Shown: piece by piece, positions 1 to 8,765 of the stretch
Layout: each line of letters opens with the position of its first letter
Numbering within the stretch: the first letter of the stretch is position 1
From: an uncultured Candidatus Saccharibacteria bacterium
Lineage (GTDB): Bacteria; Patescibacteriota; Minisyncoccia; Portnoybacterales; UBA2143
Reading direction: 5' to 3'
Assembly (NCBI GenBank): GCA_964596615.1
Contig: CAZQUN010000007.1
Location: forward strand, 1-54,066
Length of the DNA: 54,066 nt
The notes under the pieces: generated by a model
What the model was told of the DNA's origin: nothing
The model's database searches: none
Seen by the model: the letters and a program-made list of their open reading frames with translations, nothing else
Program-made: the position numbers and the translations under genes

Positions 1-3
1 GGT

Positions 4-3000
4 GTGAGATATGGACATTCTTGGATTGAAAAAGGGGATGTTGTTATTGATACCAGCAGGGGAAATAAAAAATATCCCAAGGACTTTTATTATGCTTTAG
101 GGGAAATTAAAGAATCAGAAGTTAAAAGATATACCCCCAAACAAGCTATGGAAATGGCAGTAGAAACGAAACATTATGGTCCTTGGGAAGTGCCAGAGCC
201 AAAGATTAAGCAATCAAAACCCAAGGGCGGTTCGGGCTCTAAACCAAAGGACGATTTTATAGAATCTCTTAAAGAGATAATGAAGCCAGATGAATTCACA
301 AAAGCAGCTGAGAAAAAACCAGTCAATACTGGTAAGATTTCCAAAGGTGAAAAGGCGGTTGAATCAAAGCCGACCGCCGCTTCAGTAAAGAAATTAACTC
401 GTGATGTAGAAGCCCTTGGCGGTTTAGAAAAAATAGACATCAAAGAATTAAACGAGCTTGGCGGCTACGATTTCAGAAATATAAAAGAATTGAAACGGGC
501 TTTAGGCAAGACGACAGAAAAGATTACTAAAAGGGCAATGAAAGAAACAGAACCCTTAACAGAGACCGAGGAAAAAATAATGCAAAAAATGTTTGAAAAA
601 GAATTTCAGAAAGTGAAAAAGACAGCTGAGGGCGAATTGTTTGGCAGTATCAAAGCGTTGGGTGGAATCAAGCCGTATCGAGAAGGATTTTTAGCGGAAG
701 AAATGTCAGGCATCCCGCCAGAACTGCTTAATAAAAAGGGCGGCGGTTCTGCTATAGATGAATTAGTGACAGAGCTCAATGAAGTAGGCGGATATAACTT
801 TGCCAGCGAAGCAGAATTGATAGAAGCCATAAAAAGCATCAAGACTGTCGCAGAAAAAATCAGTACAAAAGCCAAAGAAAAGACATTGAGATTAATTGGT
901 AAAGCATTACCGAAAAAAGAAAAAGCAGCCAAAATATCGCAACGTCTTTTGAATAAGTTACACAGAGCGAAATATAAATATATACCCGCTGAAGCAAAAG
1001 CTATCCGCAGGGCTATGGAAGTGGGAAAGTATAAGCCAGTAAGAGAATGGTTGCCTAGTCCGACTAATCTATATCAAGAAGAAAAAATTTCGCCCGAGAT
1101 TGCTAAATATGTCTCTGGCAAAATTGCTGAAACACTAAAGCCAAAAGCCAGATTCATTAAAGTATTCAAAGACCAAAAAGAAACGCTTAAGTTTCGTCCC
1201 AGCACCATTAAAAGCGCGATAAGCAGATACGGCAATATTATCCCAGAAAGCGAACTGTATGATTACGAAATGGCCTATGCTCAAAAACGGCTTAGCAGAG
1301 TTAAGGGGTATACTTTCGAGATAATCGGCAGCTTAAAAAACGCTGGCGTGCGAGACGAAGTTATTAATCAGTTAAAGGTAGAAAATAGATATCTAAAAGA
1401 CTTAGTAAAAGTAAAAAGAGAAGAAACAGGCGAGATTAGCGCCACCATCTCGCAGAAGGCATTAGATTATATTAAGAAAACCAGGCAATTTAAAGTATCG
1501 GACGAAGAATGGATTAAAAGAATTAGCTTTGAAAATGTCGGCAAAGAGACAAAAAACATCATCCAGGGATACGAAACTGGCAAAAGGTTCTTTAGAAGAT
1601 TAGGAAAAGGATTTGAAGAGTTAATCTTTAATCCTATTAGGCGGGGAGAACGATTAGCTAAAGAGCGTCAATATTATTTAAAAAACGCAAAATTAAAATC
1701 CGTCTTTGATTTATCAAAAAAGGAAGCCAAAGAATTATTTGCCCTTACTGCTAACAAGCAGGGCAAAGAGATTGAAGCTAAATCTTGGTCCGAATTAAGT
1801 CCAAAAGTTAAAAAAGCGTATACGGATATTAGACGAACAACTGAAGAATTGTATCCAGAAGTTAAGAGAGTGACTATTCTGCGAGGTAGAGAAATTGGCG
1901 AAGTTAAAAATTATAGTCCGCTATATATAACAAGGGACATTAAACGACTTGATGAAGGTAGCCTGTTTGACTGGCTGCGTAAAGACCCCTACTTTGGCTC
2001 AATAAAAGAAAGAGTAGAAGATGTGCCGATTGAATTTTATGAACAAGATTATCGTAAAGTAATAGACCAATGGATACACGGAGTATCCCGTTATATAGAC
2101 ATTGGCAAGAGAACCGTGCCGGTTAAATATTTGATTGATAGTAAAGAATTTCAAGAGATTGCTGGCGGGGAAGCGCATAAAGCCATAATAGAATGGTATC
2201 GTTATATAGTTAATCCTCCAAAGATAGAAGGGACTTGGAAAGGATTAAGAGTTTTGAGAAATCTGCAGGCATCAGCAATTTTAGGACTCAGATACACCGT
2301 TCCCTTGAAACAATTTATTAATTTAGTGGATTTTTGGACGGTGAGCGGAATAAAGAATTTAGTCAAAGGCGGATGGAAAGTTTTGAGAAAATCGCCAGTC
2401 TCCAGATTAGCCAAGACCTCTGGCAGCGTTCAAGAAAGGACAATGGGTTTAGCCATTCAGGATTTGAAAAACACTATTATTAGATGGATGAGAAAACCGC
2501 CTGAATACACAGATAGGTTGACTGCCCAGATGGGAAAGGTGACTTTAATTGATCAACAATTGGCGAGATTAGAACAGGAGGGGAAGAGAATAACACCTAA
2601 AGCGTTAAAAAACGCAGAGAAAAAAGCCGATGATATTATAGACGCGGTTATGGGAGCAATGTCTAGAGCGGAGACACCGAGATATTTTAGAACCGAATTG
2701 GGCAAAAACATCAATATGTTTTACTCCCAGCTTAATTCTAAAATGCAGTATTATGTCAGTGATATTTTTGCCAAGCAATATCCAGAGTTAGCTAATTTTC
2801 TTAAAACAGGAAATAGGAGAAAGTTATTAGCGAAAGCAATCACCGCGTTAGTAATAGGCGGTTATATGGAAACAGCCATTAATAACTTAGCTTTTGTAGA
2901 TGAACCTCAAGAAATGGGCAAAGATACATTAAAGGCAATTGCGGGCAACTTTCCGCTTGTAGGTTCGGTTATTTTCGCTTTGACTACAGAACAGCCATAC

Positions 3001-3360
3001 TCGCCTATGCCTATTTTAGGTAATACCACCAAGCTAATGCAAAATATAGCTCAAGGAAGAACAGGAGAAGCTATTTGGACAGGGACCGGATTTTTAGGAA
3101 TGCCCCAGCAAATTAAAAAAACAGCTCAAGGAATAAAAGCTGTTAAAGAAGGCGAGGTAACAACAAAGGCAGGGGAATTGCAATATCCTGTGAAAGGTTT
3201 CTGGGAGCAATTCAGAACAGCCTTGGCAGGGAAATATGGATCAAAAGCAGCCAAAGAACATTTCAGAGAACAAGACGAAAAAAGCAAGAGTAAGTTTGAT
3301 TACCTATACACTAAAGCAGAGGAAAAAGAGGGAAAGAGGTTTGACTATTTATACAGATAA
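4..3360 (+). CDS. Large phage-like virion/DNA-ejection protein, probably 5'-truncated by the window edge
   Basis: 1118-aa open frame from the window edge, Lys/Glu-rich and helical, with a duplicated ALGG...ELNE(L/V)GGY(D/N)F motif and a Gly-rich amphipathic C-terminus. Lies directly upstream of holin/amidase genes. Function is inferred from context. Confidence 0.5.
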   Translation: MRYGHSWIEKGDVVIDTSRGNKKYPKDFYYALGEIKESEVKRYTPKQAMEMAVETKHYGPWEVPEPKIKQSKPKGGSGSKPKDDFIESLKEIMKPDEFTKAAEKKPVNTGKISKGEKAVESKPTAASVKKLTRDVEALGGLEKIDIKELNELGGYDFRNIKELKRALGKTTEKITKRAMKETEPLTETEEKIMQKMFEKEFQKVKKTAEGELFGSIKALGGIKPYREGFLAEEMSGIPPELLNKKGGGSAIDELVTELNEVGGYNFASEAELIEAIKSIKTVAEKISTKAKEKTLRLIGKALPKKEKAAKISQRLLNKLHRAKYKYIPAEAKAIRRAMEVGKYKPVREWLPSPTNLYQEEKISPEIAKYVSGKIAETLKPKARFIKVFKDQKETLKFRPSTIKSAISRYGNIIPESELYDYEMAYAQKRLSRVKGYTFEIIGSLKNAGVRDEVINQLKVENRYLKDLVKVKREETGEISATISQKALDYIKKTRQFKVSDEEWIKRISFENVGKETKNIIQGYETGKRFFRRLGKGFEELIFNPIRRGERLAKERQYYLKNAKLKSVFDLSKKEAKELFALTANKQGKEIEAKSWSELSPKVKKAYTDIRRTTEELYPEVKRVTILRGREIGEVKNYSPLYITRDIKRLDEGSLFDWLRKDPYFGSIKERVEDVPIEFYEQDYRKVIDQWIHGVSRYIDIGKRTVPVKYLIDSKEFQEIAGGEAHKAIIEWYRYIVNPPKIEGTWKGLRVLRNLQASAILGLRYTVPLKQFINLVDFWTVSGIKNLVKGGWKVLRKSPVSRLAKTSGSVQERTMGLAIQDLKNTIIRWMRKPPEYTDRLTAQMGKVTLIDQQLARLEQEGKRITPKALKNAEKKADDIIDAVMGAMSRAETPRYFRTELGKNINMFYSQLNSKMQYYVSDIFAKQYPELANFLKTGNRRKLLAKAITALVIGGYMETAINNLAFVDEPQEMGKDTLKAIAGNFPLVGSVIFALTTEQPYSPMPILGNTTKLMQNIAQGRTGEAIWTGTGFLGMPQQIKKTAQGIKAVKEGEVTTKAGELQYPVKGFWEQFRTALAGKYGSKAAKEHFREQDEKSKSKFDYLYTKAEEKEGKRFDYLYR

Positions 3361-3476
3361 TCAAATTTATCATGTCTCCCGCATTCCTCATAAACTGACC
3401 AACAGTAAAAACCAGCACTGACAAGAATGGCAAGAGTAATCAGGATAAGACAGATTTTAGTCAAAGATGGCTTCAT
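3345..3476 (-). CDS. Unannotated 43-aa single-pass membrane peptide MKPSLTKICLILITLAILVSAGFYCWSVYEECGRHDKFDYLYK
   Basis: Translated by hand. One hydrophobic helix and its own sigma70-like promoter (TTGACT-18 nt-TAAAAT-7 nt-ATG), consistent with a leaderless mRNA. Confidence 0.6.
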   Translation of the reverse strand: MKPSLTKICLILITLAILVSAGFYCWSVYEECGRHDKFDYLYK

Positions 3477-3483
3477 TGCCTGG

Positions 3484-3513
3484 ATTTTAACTTCAATCAA
3501 AAAAACAAGTCAA
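3484..3513 (-). promoter_or_regulatory. Sigma70-type promoter for the 43-aa antisense peptide
   Basis: Minus strand: TTGACT (3513-3508), 18-nt spacer, TAAAAT (3489-3484). Confidence 0.55.
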
Positions 3514-3518
3514 GTCAT

Positions 3519-3710
3519 ATGAACGAATTAACTCCATTAGCCCAATATGGATTAACAGGCATAGCGATAGCTCTTATTATCGCCATTGTTATTATTGTCA
3601 GAACATTTATGAATTTTGTAAAAAATCACATAGAACATAATACCAGGAGCCAGCAGAGGTTGGCGGATATGATTGAGATACTCATTGATTTTTTGAAAAA
3701 TCATAAATAA
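3519..3710 (+). CDS. Putative holin (N-terminal TM helix plus coiled coil)
   Basis: 63 aa with one TM segment (GLTGIAIALIIAIVIIV), immediately upstream of the amidase. Confidence 0.5.
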   Translation: MNELTPLAQYGLTGIAIALIIAIVIIVRTFMNFVKNHIEHNTRSQQRLADMIEILIDFLKNHK

Positions 3711-3744
3711 AGGTCGAGCGAGTAAAAATTAAATCATCATAAAT

Positions 3745-4305
3745 ATGGAATTTATACCCTCTAAAAACTTTTTCTCTAGGGATGGCTACAAGCCAGAAAT
3801 TATAGTCATTCACATTATGCTTGGCACTATGAATGGTACGATTTCGTGGTTTAAAAATCCCACTTCGCAGGTTTCGGCTCATTATCTTGTTGGCAAAGAT
3901 GGTCGAGTAGTTCAAATGGTTAAAGACGAAGACGCGGCCTGGCATGCTGGCAGAATTAGCAATCCTTCCGAGAACGCAAAGAGAATTTTAAAAAAGAATA
4001 TTTGGGGAAGTTACATAAATCTTAATAAATATTCATTAGGCATTGAGTGCGAGGGTCAGGACGGCGACCATTGGACAGAGTTGCAAATGAATTCGCTGGT
4101 TGGATTAGTAAAGGCTCTTTGCGATAGGTTTAATATTCTTCAGGACCGGCTGCATATTATTGACCATCAAGACATCACTTCATATAAGCCACAGCTTGAT
4201 GCTTGGATTAGCGAAGTTATTAGTCGTCTTCACCAACCAAAGGTCGAAGAAAGTGATCGAGAAAAAATTAAAGAACAAATAATTGAATTAGTTAAAAAAT
4301 TATGA
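3745..4305 (+). CDS. N-acetylmuramoyl-L-alanine amidase (Amidase_2 family), putative endolysin
   Basis: Motifs IVIH, SAHYLVGKDG, AWHAG, SLGIE and IIDHQDI are typical of Zn-dependent Amidase_2. Confidence 0.9.
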   Translation: MEFIPSKNFFSRDGYKPEIIVIHIMLGTMNGTISWFKNPTSQVSAHYLVGKDGRVVQMVKDEDAAWHAGRISNPSENAKRILKKNIWGSYINLNKYSLGIECEGQDGDHWTELQMNSLVGLVKALCDRFNILQDRLHIIDHQDITSYKPQLDAWISEVISRLHQPKVEESDREKIKEQIIELVKKL

Positions 4306-4499
4306 GCACACCGCAAAAAGAAGCAATAAAACATTTGTTAATTGTCTTTGTTTATTCGGGAGCTTCTTCAATCCTGCCAATAATAATAGCGTGGATGCAG
4401 GATGATCCGCGCTGGGTGATTTTAATCCCGATTATAAACTCCATTTGGTATGCAGTAACCAGATATTTAAAAGAGAAGAAGTTGATTGAACAAGAATAA
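4302..4499 (+). CDS. Putative holin / small 2-TM membrane protein
   Basis: 65 aa, two hydrophobic segments, charged C-terminus, ATGA overlap with the amidase. Confidence 0.5.
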   Translation: MSTPQKEAIKHLLIVFVYSGASSILPIIIAWMQDDPRWVILIPIINSIWYAVTRYLKEKKLIEQE

Positions 4500-4633
4500 T
4501 CAAGTCAATTTATACCAAATCGAGGTTTTTCACATCTAATTCTTTTCCTTTAATCAGAAATTTGTTATACTTTAATCAAGTTGATGTGGATAAGAGCTTT
4601 TTTGCTATTATTATACACATAGTGCTTTTATTG

Positions 4634-4642
4634 TGTTATAAT
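4634..4642 (+). promoter_or_regulatory. Extended -10 promoter (TGTTATAAT) upstream of the DGR target gene
   Basis: Perfect TGnTATAAT about 100 nt before ATG 4745. Confidence 0.5.
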
Positions 4643-4744
4643 AACTACAAAGGTCGCAGTAATTAATCAACTTGATTTAGGGCTCAAAATTTGAATAGTA
4701 TTTCAGGACTATTCAAAGAGTGAGCTTTGGAATTTAACAAATAT

Positions 4745-6766
4745 ATGAGGAAGAAGAATCAAGGGGTAATTCACCTTATTATAAAAAGGTCGTTTAGAGG
4801 TAAAAAATTATATTTTAGGATTGGCAATTTGTTTAAGGGTGGACTAACTGTCTTAATTTCAGTTTTGGTTATTTTTATGGTTGCCCGAGCTGGTACTATT
4901 ACGCCGCCTTCTGGTAGTCCATCGGCTCAGTTTTATACTCTTTCAGAAATCTACGAGTTTATAACTAATAATACAACCGCAACTGAAGCAGGGCATGATT
5001 TTACTTTTTCTGATAGTTTGGCGGGAACTGGCAATACTTTAACCGAAATTTACGATGCTTTGGCTAGTTTGATTTCTGCCGATCAGGTTAAATCAGGCAC
5101 AACTTATCTTGGCGTTGATGGGACGCTGGTCCCTTCTGGAGGCGATGCGACTGCGGCTAATGTTCTAACTGGCAAAACATTTTTTGGCGATTCTCAAACT
5201 AACTGGACTTTACAAACCGGCACCATGGCCAATAATGGTGCTTTTAGTTTGACTGCTAGTTCATCTGATCAATCAGTTACTGCTGGGTATTACAGTGGCG
5301 GCACTTTGGCAGGTGATACGGATTTAATCGCAGATAACATTGCCAATGGCGTTAATATATTTGGCGTGATTGGTAATTTGGTTGCCGGGTATCTCTATGG
5401 CGATAGCGACCAATCAAAAGTGTTAACTACAGCGACTGGTGCTGGCACATATGACGCCTCTAATTTATCAACAGCCACAGTTAAAAAAGGTACAACCTTT
5501 GGAGTTTCCTCAACAGGTGTTTATTCAGGATATCCAGGCACTGGTTGGTCTGGCACAACAATTACTCAATCTGCTTGTGACGCAGAGAATGGCAATGGCT
5601 GGTATTGGTTTGAAGATGGTAATGGTGATGGCGATACTAGCGATCCAGAAGATGGTGTGTGTATTAAAACAACTACTGTTAATTCTAATTCCTGGAATGG
5701 CGCTGAACAAGTAGGGCCAACGCCAATCACAGGACAAGCTGCAACAGCTGGTACATCAAATTCAATCACTAAAGATAGTGCAGGATGGACGGTCAACGCA
5801 TATGCTGATGCGGTGGTAGATATTACTTCTGGAACCGCTGCTGGATGTTGGGGGGTGGCTAAATCAAATACCGCTGATACAATTACCGTTTATGGTTCTT
5901 GGCTTGGTTCTAATTATGCTGCTTGCGGCAGTACACCCGACAACACTTCTGTTTTTAGTGTTGAAGATGATGGTTTTTCTTTATATGATAATTCTTGGGT
6001 TGGTGATTGGTCGTGTACTGGTAGTTTCCCTAGTGGCACAGTGGTTCATGGCTCTTATCCTAGTTCAGGTACAATTGCTTTAGCTGAGGCGGATTGTTAT
6101 GATGGGACACGGGATTTATTACCGAATGAAACAGATAGAGCCGTGATAACTGGCACTGCCACAGCCGCGGATGCTTCATCTATTACAGATTCTTCTCTTT
6201 CTCTGAGTACCAACGTTTGGGTAGGACAAAAAGTTTTGATTACTGGAGGCACAGGGGAAAATGGCTATGGCAGGATTGAAAGCAACACTGGCACAGCCAT
6301 AACTGTTGATTCTTGGACCGGCGGTACACCAGCAGTTGATTCTACTTTTGCTATTATTTATCTTATTCCTCATGCGTCATATAATCCGACTACTGATATT
6401 ACTGGAGATAACGATGATGATATTGGCGGTAATAACGGCCCTTTAACAGCAGAAGTTCTTAATAATTGGAAGGGGACAAGATTGCCAAGTTCAAGTGACT
6501 TTTTTGGGTTTTGTGGTTATAAAGATGGCGGTTCTAATTACGAAAATACTACTGGAACATATACAGCTGATAAAACATATGGTAATCATGGCGGACAAGT
6601 TGGGAGAACAGATGAGTTTATAGATTTAGCCAATAGTAGTTGGGAATGGCTTTCAGAGCAGCATTACCACAACGGTGCGCGGCTAGCGGGCGGTACCGCG
6701 TGCTCTACCTTCAATCTCAGTACTGTCTACAATGGCCACAGGTTCCGTGCCGTGTTCCGTCCATAG
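4745..6766 (+). CDS. DGR target: membrane-anchored surface protein with C-terminal C-type-lectin-like (CLec/FGE-type) variable domain
   Basis: N-terminal TM helix and Thr/Gly/Ser-rich repeats. C-terminal WEWLSE...ARLAGG...FRAVFRP contains the VR. ATG 4745 is preferred over TTG 4727. Confidence 0.9.
   Translation: MRKKNQGVIHLIIKRSFRGKKLYFRIGNLFKGGLTVLISVLVIFMVARAGTITPPSGSPSAQFYTLSEIYEFITNNTTATEAGHDFTFSDSLAGTGNTLTEIYDALASLISADQVKSGTTYLGVDGTLVPSGGDATAANVLTGKTFFGDSQTNWTLQTGTMANNGAFSLTASSSDQSVTAGYYSGGTLAGDTDLIADNIANGVNIFGVIGNLVAGYLYGDSDQSKVLTTATGAGTYDASNLSTATVKKGTTFGVSSTGVYSGYPGTGWSGTTITQSACDAENGNGWYWFEDGNGDGDTSDPEDGVCIKTTTVNSNSWNGAEQVGPTPITGQAATAGTSNSITKDSAGWTVNAYADAVVDITSGTAAGCWGVAKSNTADTITVYGSWLGSNYAACGSTPDNTSVFSVEDDGFSLYDNSWVGDWSCTGSFPSGTVVHGSYPSSGTIALAEADCYDGTRDLLPNETDRAVITGTATAADASSITDSSLSLSTNVWVGQKVLITGGTGENGYGRIESNTGTAITVDSWTGGTPAVDSTFAIIYLIPHASYNPTTDITGDNDDDIGGNNGPLTAEVLNNWKGTRLPSSSDFFGFCGYKDGGSNYENTTGTYTADKTYGNHGGQVGRTDEFIDLANSSWEWLSEQHYHNGARLAGGTACSTFNLSTVYNGHRFRAVFRP
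6645..6763 (+). repeat. DGR variable repeat (VR)
   Basis: 119-nt ungapped match to 7361-7479 with 14 mismatches, all opposite TR adenines. Ends in the GC-rich TTCCGTGCCGTGTTCCGTCCA just before the stop. Confidence 0.97.
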
Positions 6767-6825
6767 TGATTTCCCATCTTGATGATTTGGTAATTTGAGT
6801 CATTTGATAATTTATTTATTTCCGC

Positions 6826-7185
6826 ATGGCCCGATACGAGCACATAAGAATATTCCAATGCACCTATATGTTGACCATTGAGATATATAAAGTAACTAAA
6901 AATTTCAGCAGGGAATATAAGTATACTCTTGGAGAAAAATTAAAAAATATATCCCACGAAATTTTGGATGCGATAATGAAAGCAAATTCCATGCCAGACA
7001 AAGAAAAACATAAATATTTTCCTGTAATTGATTTTAAGAAAGAAAATTTAAGAATTTATTTAAGAATTGCATGCGATTTAGAATTAATCAGTCCGGGTCG
7101 ACTTGGCGTCCTTAATGAAAAAATTGAAGAATTAGGGAAACAGCTAGGTGGTTGGCAAAAATGGACTGCTAAGAATAATAAGTAG
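6826..7185 (+). CDS. avd: DGR accessory variability determinant (four-helix-bundle Avd)
   Basis: 119 aa with F..EYKYTLGEKL, LRIYLRIACDL and ELGKQLGGW motifs. Lies between VR and TR. Confidence 0.9.
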   Translation: MARYEHIRIFQCTYMLTIEIYKVTKNFSREYKYTLGEKLKNISHEILDAIMKANSMPDKEKHKYFPVIDFKKENLRIYLRIACDLELISPGRLGVLNEKIEELGKQLGGWQKWTAKNNK

Positions 7186-7360
7186 TAATTTTGGCTGTCT
7201 GTTTTTGCCAGAGTTCTCGTGTGTCATGGGCAACGGGAAGCGTGCAATAAATGATGGGAATCACAGTCTCGCTCCCTAGTTTTTTCTAGGATTATTGATA
7301 ACTGGTCATACTGAGTTTCGGCGAAGATTGGCCAGCCAGAAAAGCGAAAAGTGGCGGGAC

Positions 7361-7479
7361 AATGGCTTTCAGAGCAGCATAACAACAACAATGCGCGGAT
7401 AGCGGGCGATAACGCGTGCTCTAACTTCAATAACAATAATGTCAACAATGGCAACAGGTTCCGTGCCGTGTTCCGTCCA
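7361..7479 (+). repeat. DGR template repeat (TR), non-coding RNA template
   Basis: AAC/AAT-rich copy of VR with 13 AAY codons in the VR frame. Confidence 0.97.
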
Positions 7480-7497
7480 ATGATTCCCTAGACAATA

Positions 7498-8757
7498 TCA
7501 AGGCTCTCTCCAAATAAAATATTCATAATTGTGGTTAGCAGGACGGAGATAAAGTTTTAAGATGCCAAAATGTTTTTCATAAAGTGTTTTTCGTAGATTG
7601 TAACAATTGGCGTGTTTTAGAAATCCGTAAACCGAGTTAATTGATGAAAAGATATGACGAAAATTTTCTGTAAATCTATCGTTGTCAAAAACAATAAATG
7701 GGTCAGTAAAAATTATGTCACAGGCATGCGATAGATCATCTGGCGAGAGTGCTTTCAAGATATTTTGGTTAAAACGCCATAATTTAGTTTTGAGTTTTTT
7801 CACGGTTCGCCGACGAATAAGAGTGTATTCGGGTTTAATGATATAGCCGCAAAAATCAATGCCTGTCATTGTTGGCCTTAGGATTTGTTTTTTAGGATGG
7901 AGCTTAAGTTTTAGATTGGCTTTAAGAAAAATTTCAATTTCTTTTTGCCAATGGAGCAATTGTTCTTTTGACGAATGGAGAAGAAGTAAGTCGTCCATGT
8001 AGCGAAAATAATAATGACATTTAAGCGAGTGTTTAATGAATTGGTCCAGCTCATTTAGATAGAGATTGGCAAAAAATTGACTGGTTAAATTGCCAATAGG
8101 CAATCCCTTGTCTTTTTTGCCAAAAAGCGATTTATGCGGCGGAACAGATTGTAAAAGTTTTAGGTCACCTCTGGCAATGTAGTTTTTAGTCGGGTCGTGG
8201 AAAATATTCTTTTCAGTTAACCATAAAATTTCAGGGTTCTTAACATGTTTTTTAACTAAAGAAAACAGAATGTTTTTGTCTATGCTAACGAAAAAACTTT
8301 GAATATCTACTTGGAGGAAAGATAGATTTGGTGCGATTATTTTTTTAAGATAACGGACAGCTTTGTGAGCGCCTTTTGTTTGGCGACAGGCATAGGAGTG
8401 AAAAACAAACATTCTTTCCCAAATGGGCTCTAAATAACTTACAAGCAGGTGATGGACGACTCTGTCGCGGAAGTTCGCTGCCCAGACCTCACGTAGCTTT
8501 GGATCGGTAATGGCAAAACAAACCGAGGTGCCGGGCTTATAAGTATGCCTTTGGAGCTCTTGTGTAAGCTTTAAAAGTTCTGATTCAAAGTCGATTTCAA
8601 ATTTAGCTGCCTGATGAGTTTTTCGTTTATGCTTTCTACAATCAAGATAAGCCTTATAAAGATTTTGAAAATTAAAAAGTTTCGTCTCATAAATTTTATT
8701 TTCTCTCGTGTCTCGCTGTGATTTATTCTGAAAAGATTCTATGATACAATTATTCAT
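7498..8757 (-). CDS. DGR reverse transcriptase, inverted relative to avd/TR
   Basis: FRDRVVHH, GLPIGNLTSQFFANLYL (DGR-type SQ motif), RYMDD, GIDFCGY. Confidence 0.95.
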   Translation of the reverse strand: MNNCIIESFQNKSQRDTRENKIYETKLFNFQNLYKAYLDCRKHKRKTHQAAKFEIDFESELLKLTQELQRHTYKPGTSVCFAITDPKLREVWAANFRDRVVHHLLVSYLEPIWERMFVFHSYACRQTKGAHKAVRYLKKIIAPNLSFLQVDIQSFFVSIDKNILFSLVKKHVKNPEILWLTEKNIFHDPTKNYIARGDLKLLQSVPPHKSLFGKKDKGLPIGNLTSQFFANLYLNELDQFIKHSLKCHYYFRYMDDLLLLHSSKEQLLHWQKEIEIFLKANLKLKLHPKKQILRPTMTGIDFCGYIIKPEYTLIRRRTVKKLKTKLWRFNQNILKALSPDDLSHACDIIFTDPFIVFDNDRFTENFRHIFSSINSVYGFLKHANCYNLRKTLYEKHFGILKLYLRPANHNYEYFIWREP

Positions 8758-8765
8758 AATTCAGT

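Larger units (their letters stand above)
4745..8757. mobile_element. Complete diversity-generating retroelement cassette
   Basis: Target+VR, avd, TR and RT are all present within 4 kb. Confidence 0.93.

Noticed and set aside
3236-3421. 61-aa plus-strand ORF
   Set aside because: Overlaps the large gene out of frame; the minus-strand 43-aa ORF has a promoter and TM helix and is better supported.
7224-7454. 76-aa minus-strand ORF with poly-Leu runs
   Set aside because: Antisense reading of the AAC-rich TR; the composition is explained by the repeat.
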